From a virus, in the IMG/VR virus record IMGVR_UViG_3300046690_000279, positions 1 to 64,000 of that record: DNA of 64,000 nt; one strand, given 5' to 3'. Made by a program: the position numbers and the translations under genes. The notes under the pieces were generated by a model that was not told the origin of the DNA, made no database searches, and saw only the letters and a program-made list of their open reading frames with translations. Positions 16,501 to 24,923 of this stretch are shown piece after piece (positions within the stretch are counted from its first letter, which is position 1; each line of letters starts with the position of its first letter).

Positions 16501-17091
16501 CAGCTAGCTTCGGCCGGTGTTGATCAGGGTGGCGCTACAGCGCAGGCCTTGATGGGCGCCAACGGCAGTCAGATAGCGCAGCTCAACAACATGCAGTCGA
16601 CGCTGACCAGTTCGGCAAAGTCCACTGGTGCGGTTGTCGCTGACAGCATGTACGGAGCGGGCATCAACGCCGCAAAGGGACTGGTCCGGGGACTTCAATC
16701 CCAGGAAAAGGCCATCGACAAGCAGATGTTGAAGATAGCGAAGTCGATGGAGACGGCTATCAAGCGCGCGCTGGGCATCAAGTCGCCATCGCGCTTGTTC
16801 CACCAGATTGGCCAGTTCATCACGGCTGGCCTGGTAGGCGGCATCGACAGCGGCAACCGGGACGTGCAGAGCGCTGCGGCGCGCATGTCTGACGCTGTGA
16901 TCCGGGGTTCCGACGCTCCTACGCTGAGTGGCTCGGCTATCGGCTCGACTGCTGCGGGTGTGGTCCACATGGTTCACATTGAAGTCCATGGCTCCGTGCG
17001 AACGGACCAGGACCTACGGGACGTCATCCAGCGGGAAATGTATCGCTTCGGCGGACGCAACTCCCGTACCTGGGTCGAAGCTAAGCGCTAG
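13540..17091 (+). CDS. Tape measure protein
   Basis: 1183 aa, Ala/Gly-rich, periodic Trp repeats, three SPS[KR] motifs. Confidence 0.95.
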   Translation: MGALPPVFIEFLGRSTGFMTTAKGVKTELASVEREGGGNMAKMGGVAKAALLGIGVAAGVVAVKTAHMAADFQTQMTRVRTGAGESAKNMSLVGDGVLAMAGKVGESTKDLTAGLYMVESAGFHGQNALDVLRVSAQGAKVGAADLATVTDAVTTAMNAYNLQSSNVAKNTQNTTDVMNALVGTEAEGKTNLEALAGSMSGILPVAAAAHVKLNEVLGAMATMTSQGTDARVSATYLRQTIGQLSNPSAKAATTMKGLGLNANAVSKELGSKGLAATLNTLTDAIKNKMGPGGDVFIKTLEKASKSSKDFQGELNKASGAKKTYIGALSTMVGGTKSMMGALMLTGSHMDTFKKNVDGIGKHVKEGGKSVEGWADVQKTFNQRMAEFKGTAEAIGIKIGQSLLPAFTQFVGALVDGVGWLTKHKDVVIAVGGAIGGVLTYGLYAAAGAALVFADAMLMNPVTYIVLGVMALGAAIALLFTHWKSVSSWLSGAWHTVVQGLGTAWHWLADQTMSTWHTIENLVTVAWRAVANFFSSAWHTVTDPIVKAWHWVANATSTVWNAIAGFFRKWWPLLLIIFAPFVALLVALWNRFHTTVWNKVKSTWSAVAGFLSGTWDGIKSVAKSVWASVQRNIVNPVMSVWHKLVSVWDAVSSYLGGKWSDIKAVALITWLEIKKSMIDPITGAWHTITKTMGDIKDTISKKLNDAWSAVKNIGSKFLSIGTAIVQGIITGIKNKVGDLFSSLGGLAEDALAHAKAALHVNSPSKKFRDQVGKAIPEGIAAGVRQNAGMAHAAVRETAGDMVTHFKGALGINSPSKVFRQLGIWVNQGLVDGLTGSLSQVKSAIKKTETELIQARNRLADMLGTKAGKGHSGWIKAHEAAISHLESYVKQEGVQLEKLAKQRDSVAKRLKAAQSHLKDIQKEWTSERDSIASGIMQGASVVMQAQADGAVLTTGDVLANMQNQMQAAVQFANELKELKKRGLSSSLIEQLASAGVDQGGATAQALMGANGSQIAQLNNMQSTLTSSAKSTGAVVADSMYGAGINAAKGLVRGLQSQEKAIDKQMLKIAKSMETAIKRALGIKSPSRLFHQIGQFITAGLVGGIDSGNRDVQSAAARMSDAVIRGSDAPTLSGSAIGSTAAGVVHMVHIEVHGSVRTDQDLRDVIQREMYRFGGRNSRTWVEAKR

Positions 17092-17102
17092 TTACTGGGG
17101 AG

Positions 17103-17124
17103 CACATACGGATATCCGTATGTG
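17103..17124. promoter_or_regulatory. 22-bp operator with extended arms (GGGGAG/CTCCCC)
   Basis: 34-bp perfect palindrome 17097..17130. Confidence 0.8.
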
Positions 17125-17147
17125 CTCCCCTCACTGAAGGGTTACCG

Positions 17148-19976
17148 ATGGCACTGAATCCCAACTACCCCGTGATTGAGGAGATTTGGGGGCCCTCGTG
17201 GGGCGCTGCGGGTGCCTCGCTGCCCTCAACCAGACTGGTGAACCTTGTTGACCGCACGCTGTCATCGGCGTCCGCGCGGCGGGGAAAGCAGTACGAACTA
17301 GACCAGATAAACGCTGGCGAGTACGGCGTCACGCTGGGCTCACAGGATGGCGTGCTAGACCCGACCAACACCAGCGGCCCCTACGGCGGGAAGATCCTGC
17401 CGCTTCAGCCCTACCGGCGCCGTGCCCAGTGGCCACCTACGGCCAACATCCTTGACGCTGTGGTGGCAACCGCTGGCGAGGGTTACACCGCTGGCACGGT
17501 CCCCGCATCCTTCAACATGATTTTCCCGACCGGGGCCATTACCAGCACCATTGCAGTGCCGACGGCCGGTTACGCGTGGCAGGGCTCAAACGTCTTCTCG
17601 TTCGCCATTCCGGCAAACCAGGGGGCTAACTCGAACATCTTCAAGACTGAGGCGTACGGCATTCGCCCCGGCAAGAAACTCACGTTCTCTGCGTACATGG
17701 CGAACATAACGCCGAGCACTACGGCGCCGGTAAACCTGTTCATTTCCTGGCTCAACGCCGATGGCTCCGCCGTGTTCGCCAACGGTGTCTCGGTCACCCT
17801 GAACGGCGCCTCTGGCTCCCCTGCCTGGCAGCGCGTCACGGTCACCGCTACGGCCCCCACCACGGGCGCTGTGTATGGCATGCGCATTGGACTCAACGTA
17901 CCTGGCAGTGGCTTCGGCACGTCCGCCGCTACGGTCTACGTCGATGGGCTACAGGCTGAGTGGGCGAGCACGGCGAGCACATGGGTTTCTCCCGGCACTT
18001 GGTACCCGATCTTCAGCGGTTTCACGGAGCGCTGGCCAACCACTTGGGCCGAAGGGGGTACGTACGGCCAGGTGTCCCCTACCGCCGTTGACTCCTTCGC
18101 ACTGCTCTCGCAGGTGCAACTACGGGAAGTGTTCGCCGAGGAAATCGCCGCGCACTCCCCACGGTTCAACTACACCATGGGCGACGCAACCGGGGTCACC
18201 TCATTCGCGGACGCCACAGGCAACATGCCTTCTGCGCCGTTGGTGAACGCCAAGACAGGTTCAGGCAACTGGACTTCCGGCAACGCCGTAACAGCGGCGA
18301 ACCTGGCTACCGGCACATTTACCGGCAGTACGGGCACGGTCACCACCTCTGCGCCGCTGACTCCGGGGGTCAACGGTGCCCCTAACCCTGCAACCATGCT
18401 CGCGCTGAGCGACGCTGGCGTTAAGGGTCCCGCTAGCTCCGCGTGGACGCGAATGATCGCGTTTCGCTACACCGCTGGCAGTAACCCGGCAGATCTTGCC
18501 TACGTCTGGAATTCGCAGACCACGGCCACGCCCGATATTCACGCGGGGCAGATCACGGTCTACATCGAGTCGACCGGGCATCTTCGCATCTCCACGCAGG
18601 CTGTCGGATTCATTACCGGCTCAACGCCGTTCAATGACTCGCAGTCTGTGACTGATGGGAACTGGCACCTGGCCGTGTTCGGGATCAGCGGAACGACCAT
18701 GACCATTTCCCTCGACGGTGTCACCACGACGCAGACCATTTCGTCGTCGCAGATTCCGCCGCTGAATTCCATGTTTGACTACGTCGGCGCTAACTACATG
18801 CCCGGCACGAAGACAGCGAACTGCGTTTACAAGGGTGATCTGGCATTCGTCGCTGAGTTCCCGTCGCTGCTGTCGTCGGCTGACATGGGGCAGCTTTACA
18901 GCACGTGGCGCACCAGCGCTTCGGGCGAGTCCAGTGCAGCGCGGTACGCACGTATCCTGCGCTACTCCGGTTACGGGGGTGCCAGCAACATCGGCACAGG
19001 CTTGACGACGTCCATGGGGCCTGCCAGCGACATCGGCGGGGCGGACGTCATGTCAGCGCTGAACAATGTGGTGACTACCGAGAATGGCGAGCACTTCGTA
19101 ACGGCGGATGGCACGGTGACATTCCGGGGCCGTGGCTACCGGTACAACGCGCTGACTCCGGTCTGGACGTTCGGCGACGGCACGGGCGAATACCCGTACG
19201 AAGATCTCCAGTTGGACTTTGACAGCACGCACCTAAGCAACGTGGTAACGGTCACTCAGCAGAGCACCGGAACCAACCTCGTGGCGCAGGACAGCGCGAG
19301 CATTGCGAGCTATTACACGCGCACCATGACGCGAACTCTCAACGTCACCAGTGGCCTTGAGTGCCAGGATGCCGCCGACTATTTCGTGAGCCGGTACAAG
19401 GACCCGCTTACGCGAGTGCAGAGCATCAAACTGCACCCGTCGGCTGCGCCTGCGCTGTGGCCCCTTCTGCTGGGCCTAGAGCTGGGCACCCGCGTGCGTA
19501 TCAACCGGCGCCCGCCCGGGGCCCCCCTGGTGTCCGTCGACTGCTTTGTTGAGCAAATCCAGTGGGACATGGACAGCTCTAACGAAGCCTTTGTGACGTT
19601 GCAGTGCAGTCCGGTCGACCCGCACGTCTACGGGCAGTTCGGCGCGTTCTATACGACGCTGAACAACTCGCCTTCGGCCGGTGCCACCTCGATCACGCTG
19701 AACGCTGGCGCGGACAACATCAACCCGCTGGCCGCGCAGTTGCCCGCTGGCACTCAGCTAGTGGTGGGGCTCGGCACGGCCAATCAGGAAACGGTGACTC
19801 TGACGGCCGTCGGCGTGACCACTTCAGGGTGGACGACGTCCGCTTGTGGTGTGAGCGCGCTAACTAAGTCGCATGCCGCAGGCGAAACCGTGTGTGAGGT
19901 GCTGCCCGCTGGCGTCAGCGATCCCGTGGCATTCGATGCGCCGCAGAAATTCGACCAGGTTGTTTTCGCCTATTAG
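17148..19976 (+). CDS. Minor tail / tail-tip protein with carbohydrate-binding and LamG-like domains
   Basis: DGNWHLAV LamG-like motif; WQRVTVTATAP...DGLQ CBM-like segment; position. Confidence 0.8.
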   Translation: MALNPNYPVIEEIWGPSWGAAGASLPSTRLVNLVDRTLSSASARRGKQYELDQINAGEYGVTLGSQDGVLDPTNTSGPYGGKILPLQPYRRRAQWPPTANILDAVVATAGEGYTAGTVPASFNMIFPTGAITSTIAVPTAGYAWQGSNVFSFAIPANQGANSNIFKTEAYGIRPGKKLTFSAYMANITPSTTAPVNLFISWLNADGSAVFANGVSVTLNGASGSPAWQRVTVTATAPTTGAVYGMRIGLNVPGSGFGTSAATVYVDGLQAEWASTASTWVSPGTWYPIFSGFTERWPTTWAEGGTYGQVSPTAVDSFALLSQVQLREVFAEEIAAHSPRFNYTMGDATGVTSFADATGNMPSAPLVNAKTGSGNWTSGNAVTAANLATGTFTGSTGTVTTSAPLTPGVNGAPNPATMLALSDAGVKGPASSAWTRMIAFRYTAGSNPADLAYVWNSQTTATPDIHAGQITVYIESTGHLRISTQAVGFITGSTPFNDSQSVTDGNWHLAVFGISGTTMTISLDGVTTTQTISSSQIPPLNSMFDYVGANYMPGTKTANCVYKGDLAFVAEFPSLLSSADMGQLYSTWRTSASGESSAARYARILRYSGYGGASNIGTGLTTSMGPASDIGGADVMSALNNVVTTENGEHFVTADGTVTFRGRGYRYNALTPVWTFGDGTGEYPYEDLQLDFDSTHLSNVVTVTQQSTGTNLVAQDSASIASYYTRTMTRTLNVTSGLECQDAADYFVSRYKDPLTRVQSIKLHPSAAPALWPLLLGLELGTRVRINRRPPGAPLVSVDCFVEQIQWDMDSSNEAFVTLQCSPVDPHVYGQFGAFYTTLNNSPSAGATSITLNAGADNINPLAAQLPAGTQLVVGLGTANQETVTLTAVGVTTSGWTTSACGVSALTKSHAAGETVCEVLPAGVSDPVAFDAPQKFDQVVFAY

Positions 19977-19991
19977 GAAAGGTGACCCCGT

Positions 19992-20513
19992 ATGGGCACT
20001 GTCCCCACCCCTGCCACGGTCGCAACGGGCAACTTTCTGACGTCCGCGCTGTGGAATGCGCAGGTGCGCGACCCGAATAACTTCCTTTTCGGCGTCCCGG
20101 TATTCCGTGGATTCCAGAACGCAGCGCAGTCATTCGCGTCTAGTTCGTCGTACGCCCCTATTTTGCTGGACTCTGAGAGTTTCGACCCTGAGGGTGGGCA
20201 CAGCACCACCACTAACACGAGCCGGTTTACCGTGCAGACAGCGGGCTATTACTACGTGTCTGTTTTCGCTTCCTTCCTGGGGAGCGCCACTGGTGGCCGA
20301 GCAATTGCCGTGTCAGTCAACGGCACTGCGACTGTTCAGTCACAGCAGGCGCCACCGCCATCTAACTCATGGTCCGGGGGTACCAATTGGCTCGGGTACC
20401 TCAACGTCGGTGACTACGTGGAAGCCACGGCGTGGCAAAACAGCGGCGCCAGCCTGTCTATGACCACAGGGGCGTTCTCCGCTTCACTCTCCCTCTTCTG
20501 GGTCGCTAGGTAA
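19992..20513 (+). CDS. Tail fibre / receptor-binding protein (C1q-like)
   Basis: SRFTVQTAGYYYV...LNVGDYVE pattern. Confidence 0.65.
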   Translation: MGTVPTPATVATGNFLTSALWNAQVRDPNNFLFGVPVFRGFQNAAQSFASSSSYAPILLDSESFDPEGGHSTTTNTSRFTVQTAGYYYVSVFASFLGSATGGRAIAVSVNGTATVQSQQAPPPSNSWSGGTNWLGYLNVGDYVEATAWQNSGASLSMTTGAFSASLSLFWVAR

Positions 20514-20521
20514 GGAATCAC

Positions 20522-20770
20522 ATGCAGACATTCCAAGGTACTGACTACAACATCACGGTCACGGACACCTCGGGTAACCAACTAGCGTTTCTTGACCTGT
20601 CAAGCACGGGTGGCATGACCGACACGGCCGCGCTTGCGCTGGTCGATACGCTTCGCAATTTCGCTTGGCCGTCCGCAATGGCCCCCGTAACTGTCTACGC
20701 GACCAAGTCAGAAAGCAACGTCACAACTACGCAGTGCAGCGCCAGCACCACTCCCCCGACCTTCAGCTAA
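20522..20770 (+). CDS. Small tail-associated protein
   Basis: Good SD; homologue at 60696. Confidence 0.65.
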   Translation: MQTFQGTDYNITVTDTSGNQLAFLDLSSTGGMTDTAALALVDTLRNFAWPSAMAPVTVYATKSESNVTTTQCSASTTPPTFS

Positions 20771-20780
20771 GGAGCAACAC

Positions 20781-21467
20781 ATGGCAGTTCTAGGCGTAGA
20801 TGTTTCCGGATATCAGGCGGTCGACTTCCCTACCAAGGGTCTGGCGTTTGCCTTCGTCAAGGCCACTGAGGGTACAGGTTACGTGAACCCTCGTTACAGC
20901 GGGCAGGTTGCGCATGCGCGTTCCGCTGGCCTGGTGGTCGGTCACTATCATTTCGGCAAGAATGGCGGTGCCGCTGAGGCCGATTACTTCCTGAGCAAGG
21001 TGCAGCTACACACGGGCGATATTCTCGCGTTCGATTGGGAGACCAGCGGCGTAAGCCAGGCCGAGCGTGATGCCTTTGTGGCGCGCGTGAAGGCTAAGGC
21101 GCCCCATCACAAGGTCGTGCTGTACTGCAACACGGATTACTGGCACAACCGCGATGCCGACAACGGCGGGCCGATGGACGGGCTATGGATCGCCGACCCC
21201 AACCACCCCGCTGGCAAGCCCGGCATCAAGGCGCCGTGGCGCTTCCACCAGTATTCGTGGGCGGGTGGTATCGACCGCAACGTGGCGAACTTCAAGGACG
21301 CTGCTGCGCTTCGCGCTTGGGCCAATCCTCCTGCGGCTAAGCCTCCGGTCGTCACGAAGCCTGCGCCCGTTCCGGCGAAGCCTGCACCCGCCCCTGCGCC
21401 GACGCTGGAATACCGCGTATCCGCTCTTGAGGCCACCGTGAAGGCCATTCAGGCGAAGCTCAAGTAA
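20781..21467 (+). CDS. Endolysin, GH25 muramidase
   Basis: GVDVSGYQ, FVKATEG, GHYHF, DWE, HQYS...DRN motifs. Confidence 0.93.
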   Translation: MAVLGVDVSGYQAVDFPTKGLAFAFVKATEGTGYVNPRYSGQVAHARSAGLVVGHYHFGKNGGAAEADYFLSKVQLHTGDILAFDWETSGVSQAERDAFVARVKAKAPHHKVVLYCNTDYWHNRDADNGGPMDGLWIADPNHPAGKPGIKAPWRFHQYSWAGGIDRNVANFKDAAALRAWANPPAAKPPVVTKPAPVPAKPAPAPAPTLEYRVSALEATVKAIQAKLK

Positions 21468-21474
21468 CCAGGCT

Positions 21475-21491
21475 GGTATCCGACCCGCTAG
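21475..21491 (+). promoter_or_regulatory. Phage promoter motif variant (GGTATCCGACCCGCTAG) in the 5' arm of a hairpin
   Basis: One mismatch to consensus. Confidence 0.5.
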
Positions 21492-21541
21492 CTTCCCAGG
21501 GAAGAGGGCGGGTCGGGCACCCGATCGGCAAGGGCATTCCC

Positions 21542-21850
21542 ATGATTGATGGAGCAAGTATTGCCCCTGGTATGGCGTGGGTCATTGGAGCCATCGGCGC
21601 AAGCCTGGTGACCACTGGCCCCGCTTACTTGGCTGCACGTAAGTCCCGTGGCGCTGCACGTGAAGAAGGAGCGCTCACACGCGATGCAGTCGTGGGCGCT
21701 ATCGGCGAGCTAAACGGGCGCCTCGATGGCCTCAGGGATGACCTGTCAGAAGTACGCGAGTGGCAGGCAGCACACACGACCGAGCACGCCATTTCGGCAT
21801 TTCAGCGAACGGACCCACATCCGCGCCTAGAGCGCAGAAACACGGAGTGA
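21542..21850 (+). CDS. Membrane protein of the lysis cassette
   Basis: N-terminal TM helix plus coiled coil; conserved in copy B. Confidence 0.7.
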   Translation: MIDGASIAPGMAWVIGAIGASLVTTGPAYLAARKSRGAAREEGALTRDAVVGAIGELNGRLDGLRDDLSEVREWQAAHTTEHAISAFQRTDPHPRLERRNTE

Positions 21851-21855
21851 AACGA

Positions 21856-22209
21856 ATGGCCATTTCCGGCAAGGTAACTGCGTCCACCGTTGCGGCGGCA
21901 GGGACCACGATTGTTGCGGGCATCATCGCGCCGCATGTGTTCAGTCACAGCGTGCCCAGTGACGTGCGGGGGCTCATCGAGGGTGGCGTGACCGCCGTTC
22001 TTACCTTCGTGTCTGGCTACCTCGCGAAGCACGGCATTTCTTACGAGCGGCTCGCCGCTGACACTGCCGCTGTGGCCGAGGATCTTGGGGTCCCGTACAT
22101 GGCCCTGCCTGACGTCACTGCGGAGGCTTCGCCGGACGTCGTCGCCGCTGGTGCTGGCTCGGTCGCTGTCGGCGCAGTTGTGACCCGTGAGGCTCAGCCG
22201 CTGGCGTAG
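21856..22209 (+). CDS. Putative holin
   Basis: Two TM segments; KVTAST.A and GYLAKH actinophage holin-like motifs. Confidence 0.7.
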   Translation: MAISGKVTASTVAAAGTTIVAGIIAPHVFSHSVPSDVRGLIEGGVTAVLTFVSGYLAKHGISYERLAADTAAVAEDLGVPYMALPDVTAEASPDVVAAGAGSVAVGAVVTREAQPLA

Positions 22210-22213
22210 CGCC

Positions 22214-22230
22214 GGTAACCGACTCGCTAA
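22214..22230 (+). promoter_or_regulatory. Phage-specific promoter motif
   Basis: GGTAACCGACTCGCTAA. Confidence 0.7.
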
Positions 22231-22266
22231 CCCTCTCCTAGGTAGCCCCTAGGAGAGGGATTTTTT
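22231..22266 (+). terminator. Intrinsic terminator at the end of the late operon; its 3' arm contains the SD of the next gene
   Basis: CCCTCTCCTAGG/CCTAGGAGAGGG plus T-tract. Confidence 0.75.
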
Positions 22267-22267
22267 C

Positions 22268-22828
22268 GTGTACAACATCGCTCTTATCGGTAAGGCCCGT
22301 TCCGGCAAGGACACTGCCGCCGCTTTCCTGGTTCGCGAGCGCGCTTATACCCGCGTGGCGTTCGCCGATCCGCTGAAGGAAATGGCGCTGAGCATTGACC
22401 CGTGGATACCCACCCACCCTTATGGGGATCGGCGCATCCATGTGCGCCTGTCTGCGCTCGTCCGTGACGCTGGCTGGGAATACGCAAAGGACCACTACCC
22501 GGAGGTGCGCCACACACTTCAGCGCATCGGGCAGACACAGCGCGAATTCGACGCCGATTACTGGGTGAACGTCGCAGCGCGGAAGATTGCGGGTGCAGAG
22601 CGCTGGAACCTGCCCGTAGTGGTCACAGATGTGCGCTACCGGAACGAGGCGGACATGTTGCGCGCCCGTGGTTTCCGCATGGTGCGGATCATCCGCCCGT
22701 TCGCTGAGATGCGACAGGGGGCGTCAGCCCAGCACGCCAGCGAGACGGAGCTTGACGACTACCCGGCGGACGTCCTGATCCGCAACGATGGCGACCTGGC
22801 GCAGCTTCAACGCGCGATTCTCTTCTAG
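22268..22828 (+). CDS. Deoxynucleoside monophosphate kinase
   Basis: GKARSGKDT P-loop, FADPLKE, VVTDVRY.NE, HASE motifs. Confidence 0.92.
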   Translation: MYNIALIGKARSGKDTAAAFLVRERAYTRVAFADPLKEMALSIDPWIPTHPYGDRRIHVRLSALVRDAGWEYAKDHYPEVRHTLQRIGQTQREFDADYWVNVAARKIAGAERWNLPVVVTDVRYRNEADMLRARGFRMVRIIRPFAEMRQGASAQHASETELDDYPADVLIRNDGDLAQLQRAILF

Positions 22829-22833
22829 ACCTG

Positions 22834-22873
22834 AGCCCCTGGCTTGCGCTTCCCGCGCAGGTCGGGGGCTTTT
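22834..22873 (+). terminator. Intrinsic terminator
   Basis: GC hairpin plus TTTT; identical at 62995. Confidence 0.75.
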
Positions 22874-22885
22874 CTGCGTTCAGGG

Positions 22886-22939
22886 CACATACGGATATCC
22901 GTATGTGGTTTGACAGCGCTAGACGCGCGCCGCTAGTCT
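22886..22939 (+). promoter_or_regulatory. Operator (22886-22907) abutting a housekeeping-type promoter TTGACA-N18-TAGTCT of the repressor gene
   Basis: Same geometry at 36391, 63047 and 63451. Confidence 0.8.
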
Positions 22940-22977
22940 CTGCGATGTAAGTTCAAAACAACGAAGGGGCGGGGACA

Positions 22978-24225
22978 GTGAACGTGGTCAGCGTGAACGG
23001 CGGCAAGGTCCACTCGATGATGTCGGGCATGGATGAGCACCCGTACCCGCTGTGCCGTGGCGGTGGCCAGAACCAAATGGTGACCAAGTTCCGCGCTGTC
23101 GACGCCCCACTGTCCTGCAAGACCTGTCTGACCTATGAAGCGCGGCGCAATGCTGCTGCCGCCAAGGCTGAGGGAGAGACCACCATGACGGACCGTAACG
23201 ACGTGAACACGGACCAGGGCAAGGCCGTAATCGAGCAGGTCGACGCCAACATCGAGCGCGCTGCCTCGCTGATTGCCGACGGAAGCGACACGACGGAAGC
23301 GGTTGCTGAGCTGGACACGGAGACAGAGGCGCTGATTTCCTCGCTCAGCGGCAAGGGCTCCATCGCGATCAAGACTGCGAAGCGCGCCGCGTGGACTGCT
23401 GCTGTCACCACTCCCCCGGAGCCTGCACCGAAGGCAGAGATCGTCAAGTCTGAGGTGGTGGAAGGGGTCGTAGCCCCCAAGACGTGGGACCAGTACGAGG
23501 GCGTGCAGGAACTTGTCACCATGGGCGCCGAAAAGGTCGCCGACGGAGTCAAGGCCCATCTCAAGACGTCCACGCTGGCGAAGGAGGTTGCGGCGATCGG
23601 TCTGGACATGTGGCTCCGCATGCCGAACAAGGCTGGCCAGCCCGATTTGCTGGGCGACACGGACCCCGCGAAGAAAGCGTCTGGTGCGTTGCTGCGCGAG
23701 GCTGGCGAGCACTTCGATGACAACTACGACACGAAGACGGCGCTTAAGAAGCTGATGCGCAGCGTGCAGGACCAGCGCAGCGACGTTCGGGCCGAATGGC
23801 TGCGCTCGCTGGATGAGGACACCCCGATTGCCCTTGAGCGCCGAGCAATCATGGCAAAGGTGCTGGAGGGCAAGCCCGACGACGAGCCTGCCTCTGAGTG
23901 GGTCGCCAACGTCTACGGCACTAGCACGATCGGCCAGACCGAGCGCAAGAGGCTGGAGTACGAGGCCAAGAAGGCACTTTCGGCTAGCGAGAGCACCGGC
24001 GCGGGAAGCGACAGTGACAGCGAAGGAGAGGGCGACGGCGACGGCGCAGAGCAGAGCACCCCGGACGAGCGTGTGAAGCTGGTGGCAAAGAAGATCTATA
24101 CCGACATCAGCAACGCGAGCGTCGACGACTTCGAGAACGCCAGCGAGGAGACCAAGGAAGCCATCAGGACTGAGCTGGAAAACGCGCTTGAAGGCCTGCG
24201 CGCCATGATCAAGGCCACTATCTGA
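22978..24225 (+). CDS. Immunity repressor, phiC31 c-like; internal in-frame start at 23185
   Basis: Position between dNMP kinase and the early genes; own host-type promoter with adjacent operator; copy B starts at the equivalent of 23185. Confidence 0.65.
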   Translation: MNVVSVNGGKVHSMMSGMDEHPYPLCRGGGQNQMVTKFRAVDAPLSCKTCLTYEARRNAAAAKAEGETTMTDRNDVNTDQGKAVIEQVDANIERAASLIADGSDTTEAVAELDTETEALISSLSGKGSIAIKTAKRAAWTAAVTTPPEPAPKAEIVKSEVVEGVVAPKTWDQYEGVQELVTMGAEKVADGVKAHLKTSTLAKEVAAIGLDMWLRMPNKAGQPDLLGDTDPAKKASGALLREAGEHFDDNYDTKTALKKLMRSVQDQRSDVRAEWLRSLDEDTPIALERRAIMAKVLEGKPDDEPASEWVANVYGTSTIGQTERKRLEYEAKKALSASESTGAGSDSDSEGEGDGDGAEQSTPDERVKLVAKKIYTDISNASVDDFENASEETKEAIRTELENALEGLRAMIKATI

Positions 24226-24285
24226 CGCACCGTCACACGGGGCCCTGGGAACGATCCTGGGGCCCCTTCCCACTCGGAGGGGACC

Positions 24286-24624
24286 ATGGACGAATACACA
24301 CAGGCACGCAACGCGCTGAACGATGCCTCTGAGTCGCTCAACGCACTGATCTACGGCCCGGGGTTCAACTACCTCACGGAAGAGCAGCAGACGGCCGTAC
24401 AGGGCGCCTTTGATGCCCTGGCAGATAACGGCGCCACCGCCGAGCCGCAGGCTGCGCCCGTGGAGTTCACGGAGGTGCGCCCCGAGGTCTGGAAGACAGC
24501 TACGCCAGCGGACGGCGAACGGCTCGACTCGCTGATTGATGACGCGCTGGGCAAGTTCGGTACGTCGCTGGAAGAACTGCGCACCACGGCCGCTGAGCAC
24601 GAGGACGGCCCACAGCGCCCCTAG
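24286..24624 (+). CDS. Hypothetical acidic protein
   Basis: Strong SD GGAGGG; followed by a terminator. Confidence 0.7.
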   Translation: MDEYTQARNALNDASESLNALIYGPGFNYLTEEQQTAVQGAFDALADNGATAEPQAAPVEFTEVRPEVWKTATPADGERLDSLIDDALGKFGTSLEELRTTAAEHEDGPQRP

Positions 24625-24645
24625 CTGCCCGCGTAGCGCCCTTAC

Positions 24646-24682
24646 AGCCCTGGTAGGCCTCCCTGGTCCGCCAGGGCTTTTT
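24646..24682 (+). terminator. Intrinsic terminator
   Basis: AGCCCTGG/CCAGGGCT plus T-tract. Confidence 0.7.
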
Positions 24683-24773
24683 CATGCCAGCAGACGGCCG
24701 TACAGGGCTTCGGGCCGCAGGCGTGACGGACAGCGCGAAGGCAAACAGCGCAAGAACCTCTCTGACCTGCAAG

Positions 24774-24868
24774 AAGTGATGAAGTGACGATTTAGACCAC
24801 ACTCCAGTAATCCCTAAGGAGTTCTATAGGGATTCTGAGACTGCCCTCCAAATCGTCACTCCGTCACT
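24774..24868. repeat. Second inverted iteron-like element (N64 spacer)
   Basis: AAGTGATGAAGTGACG ... CGTCACTCCGTCACT. Confidence 0.6.
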
Positions 24869-24885
24869 GGTAACCGACCCGCTAG
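24869..24885 (+). promoter_or_regulatory. Phage-specific promoter motif
   Basis: GGTAACCGACCCGCTAG at the start of the early region. Confidence 0.7.
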
Positions 24886-24923
24886 CCCCTCTTCGACAGA
24901 GAAATCAACTGAAGGGGGCCACA

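Noticed and set aside
17148-20770. Diversity-generating retroelement or invertible tail-fibre shufflon
   Set aside because: No reverse transcriptase, template/variable repeat pair or invertase-flanked cassettes are visible; the variation looks like ordinary mosaicism
22933-24600. 555-aa minus-strand ORF (also 33436..34734 and other minus-strand ORFs)
   Set aside because: Antisense shadows of well-supported plus-strand genes in high-GC DNA; no motifs or RBS
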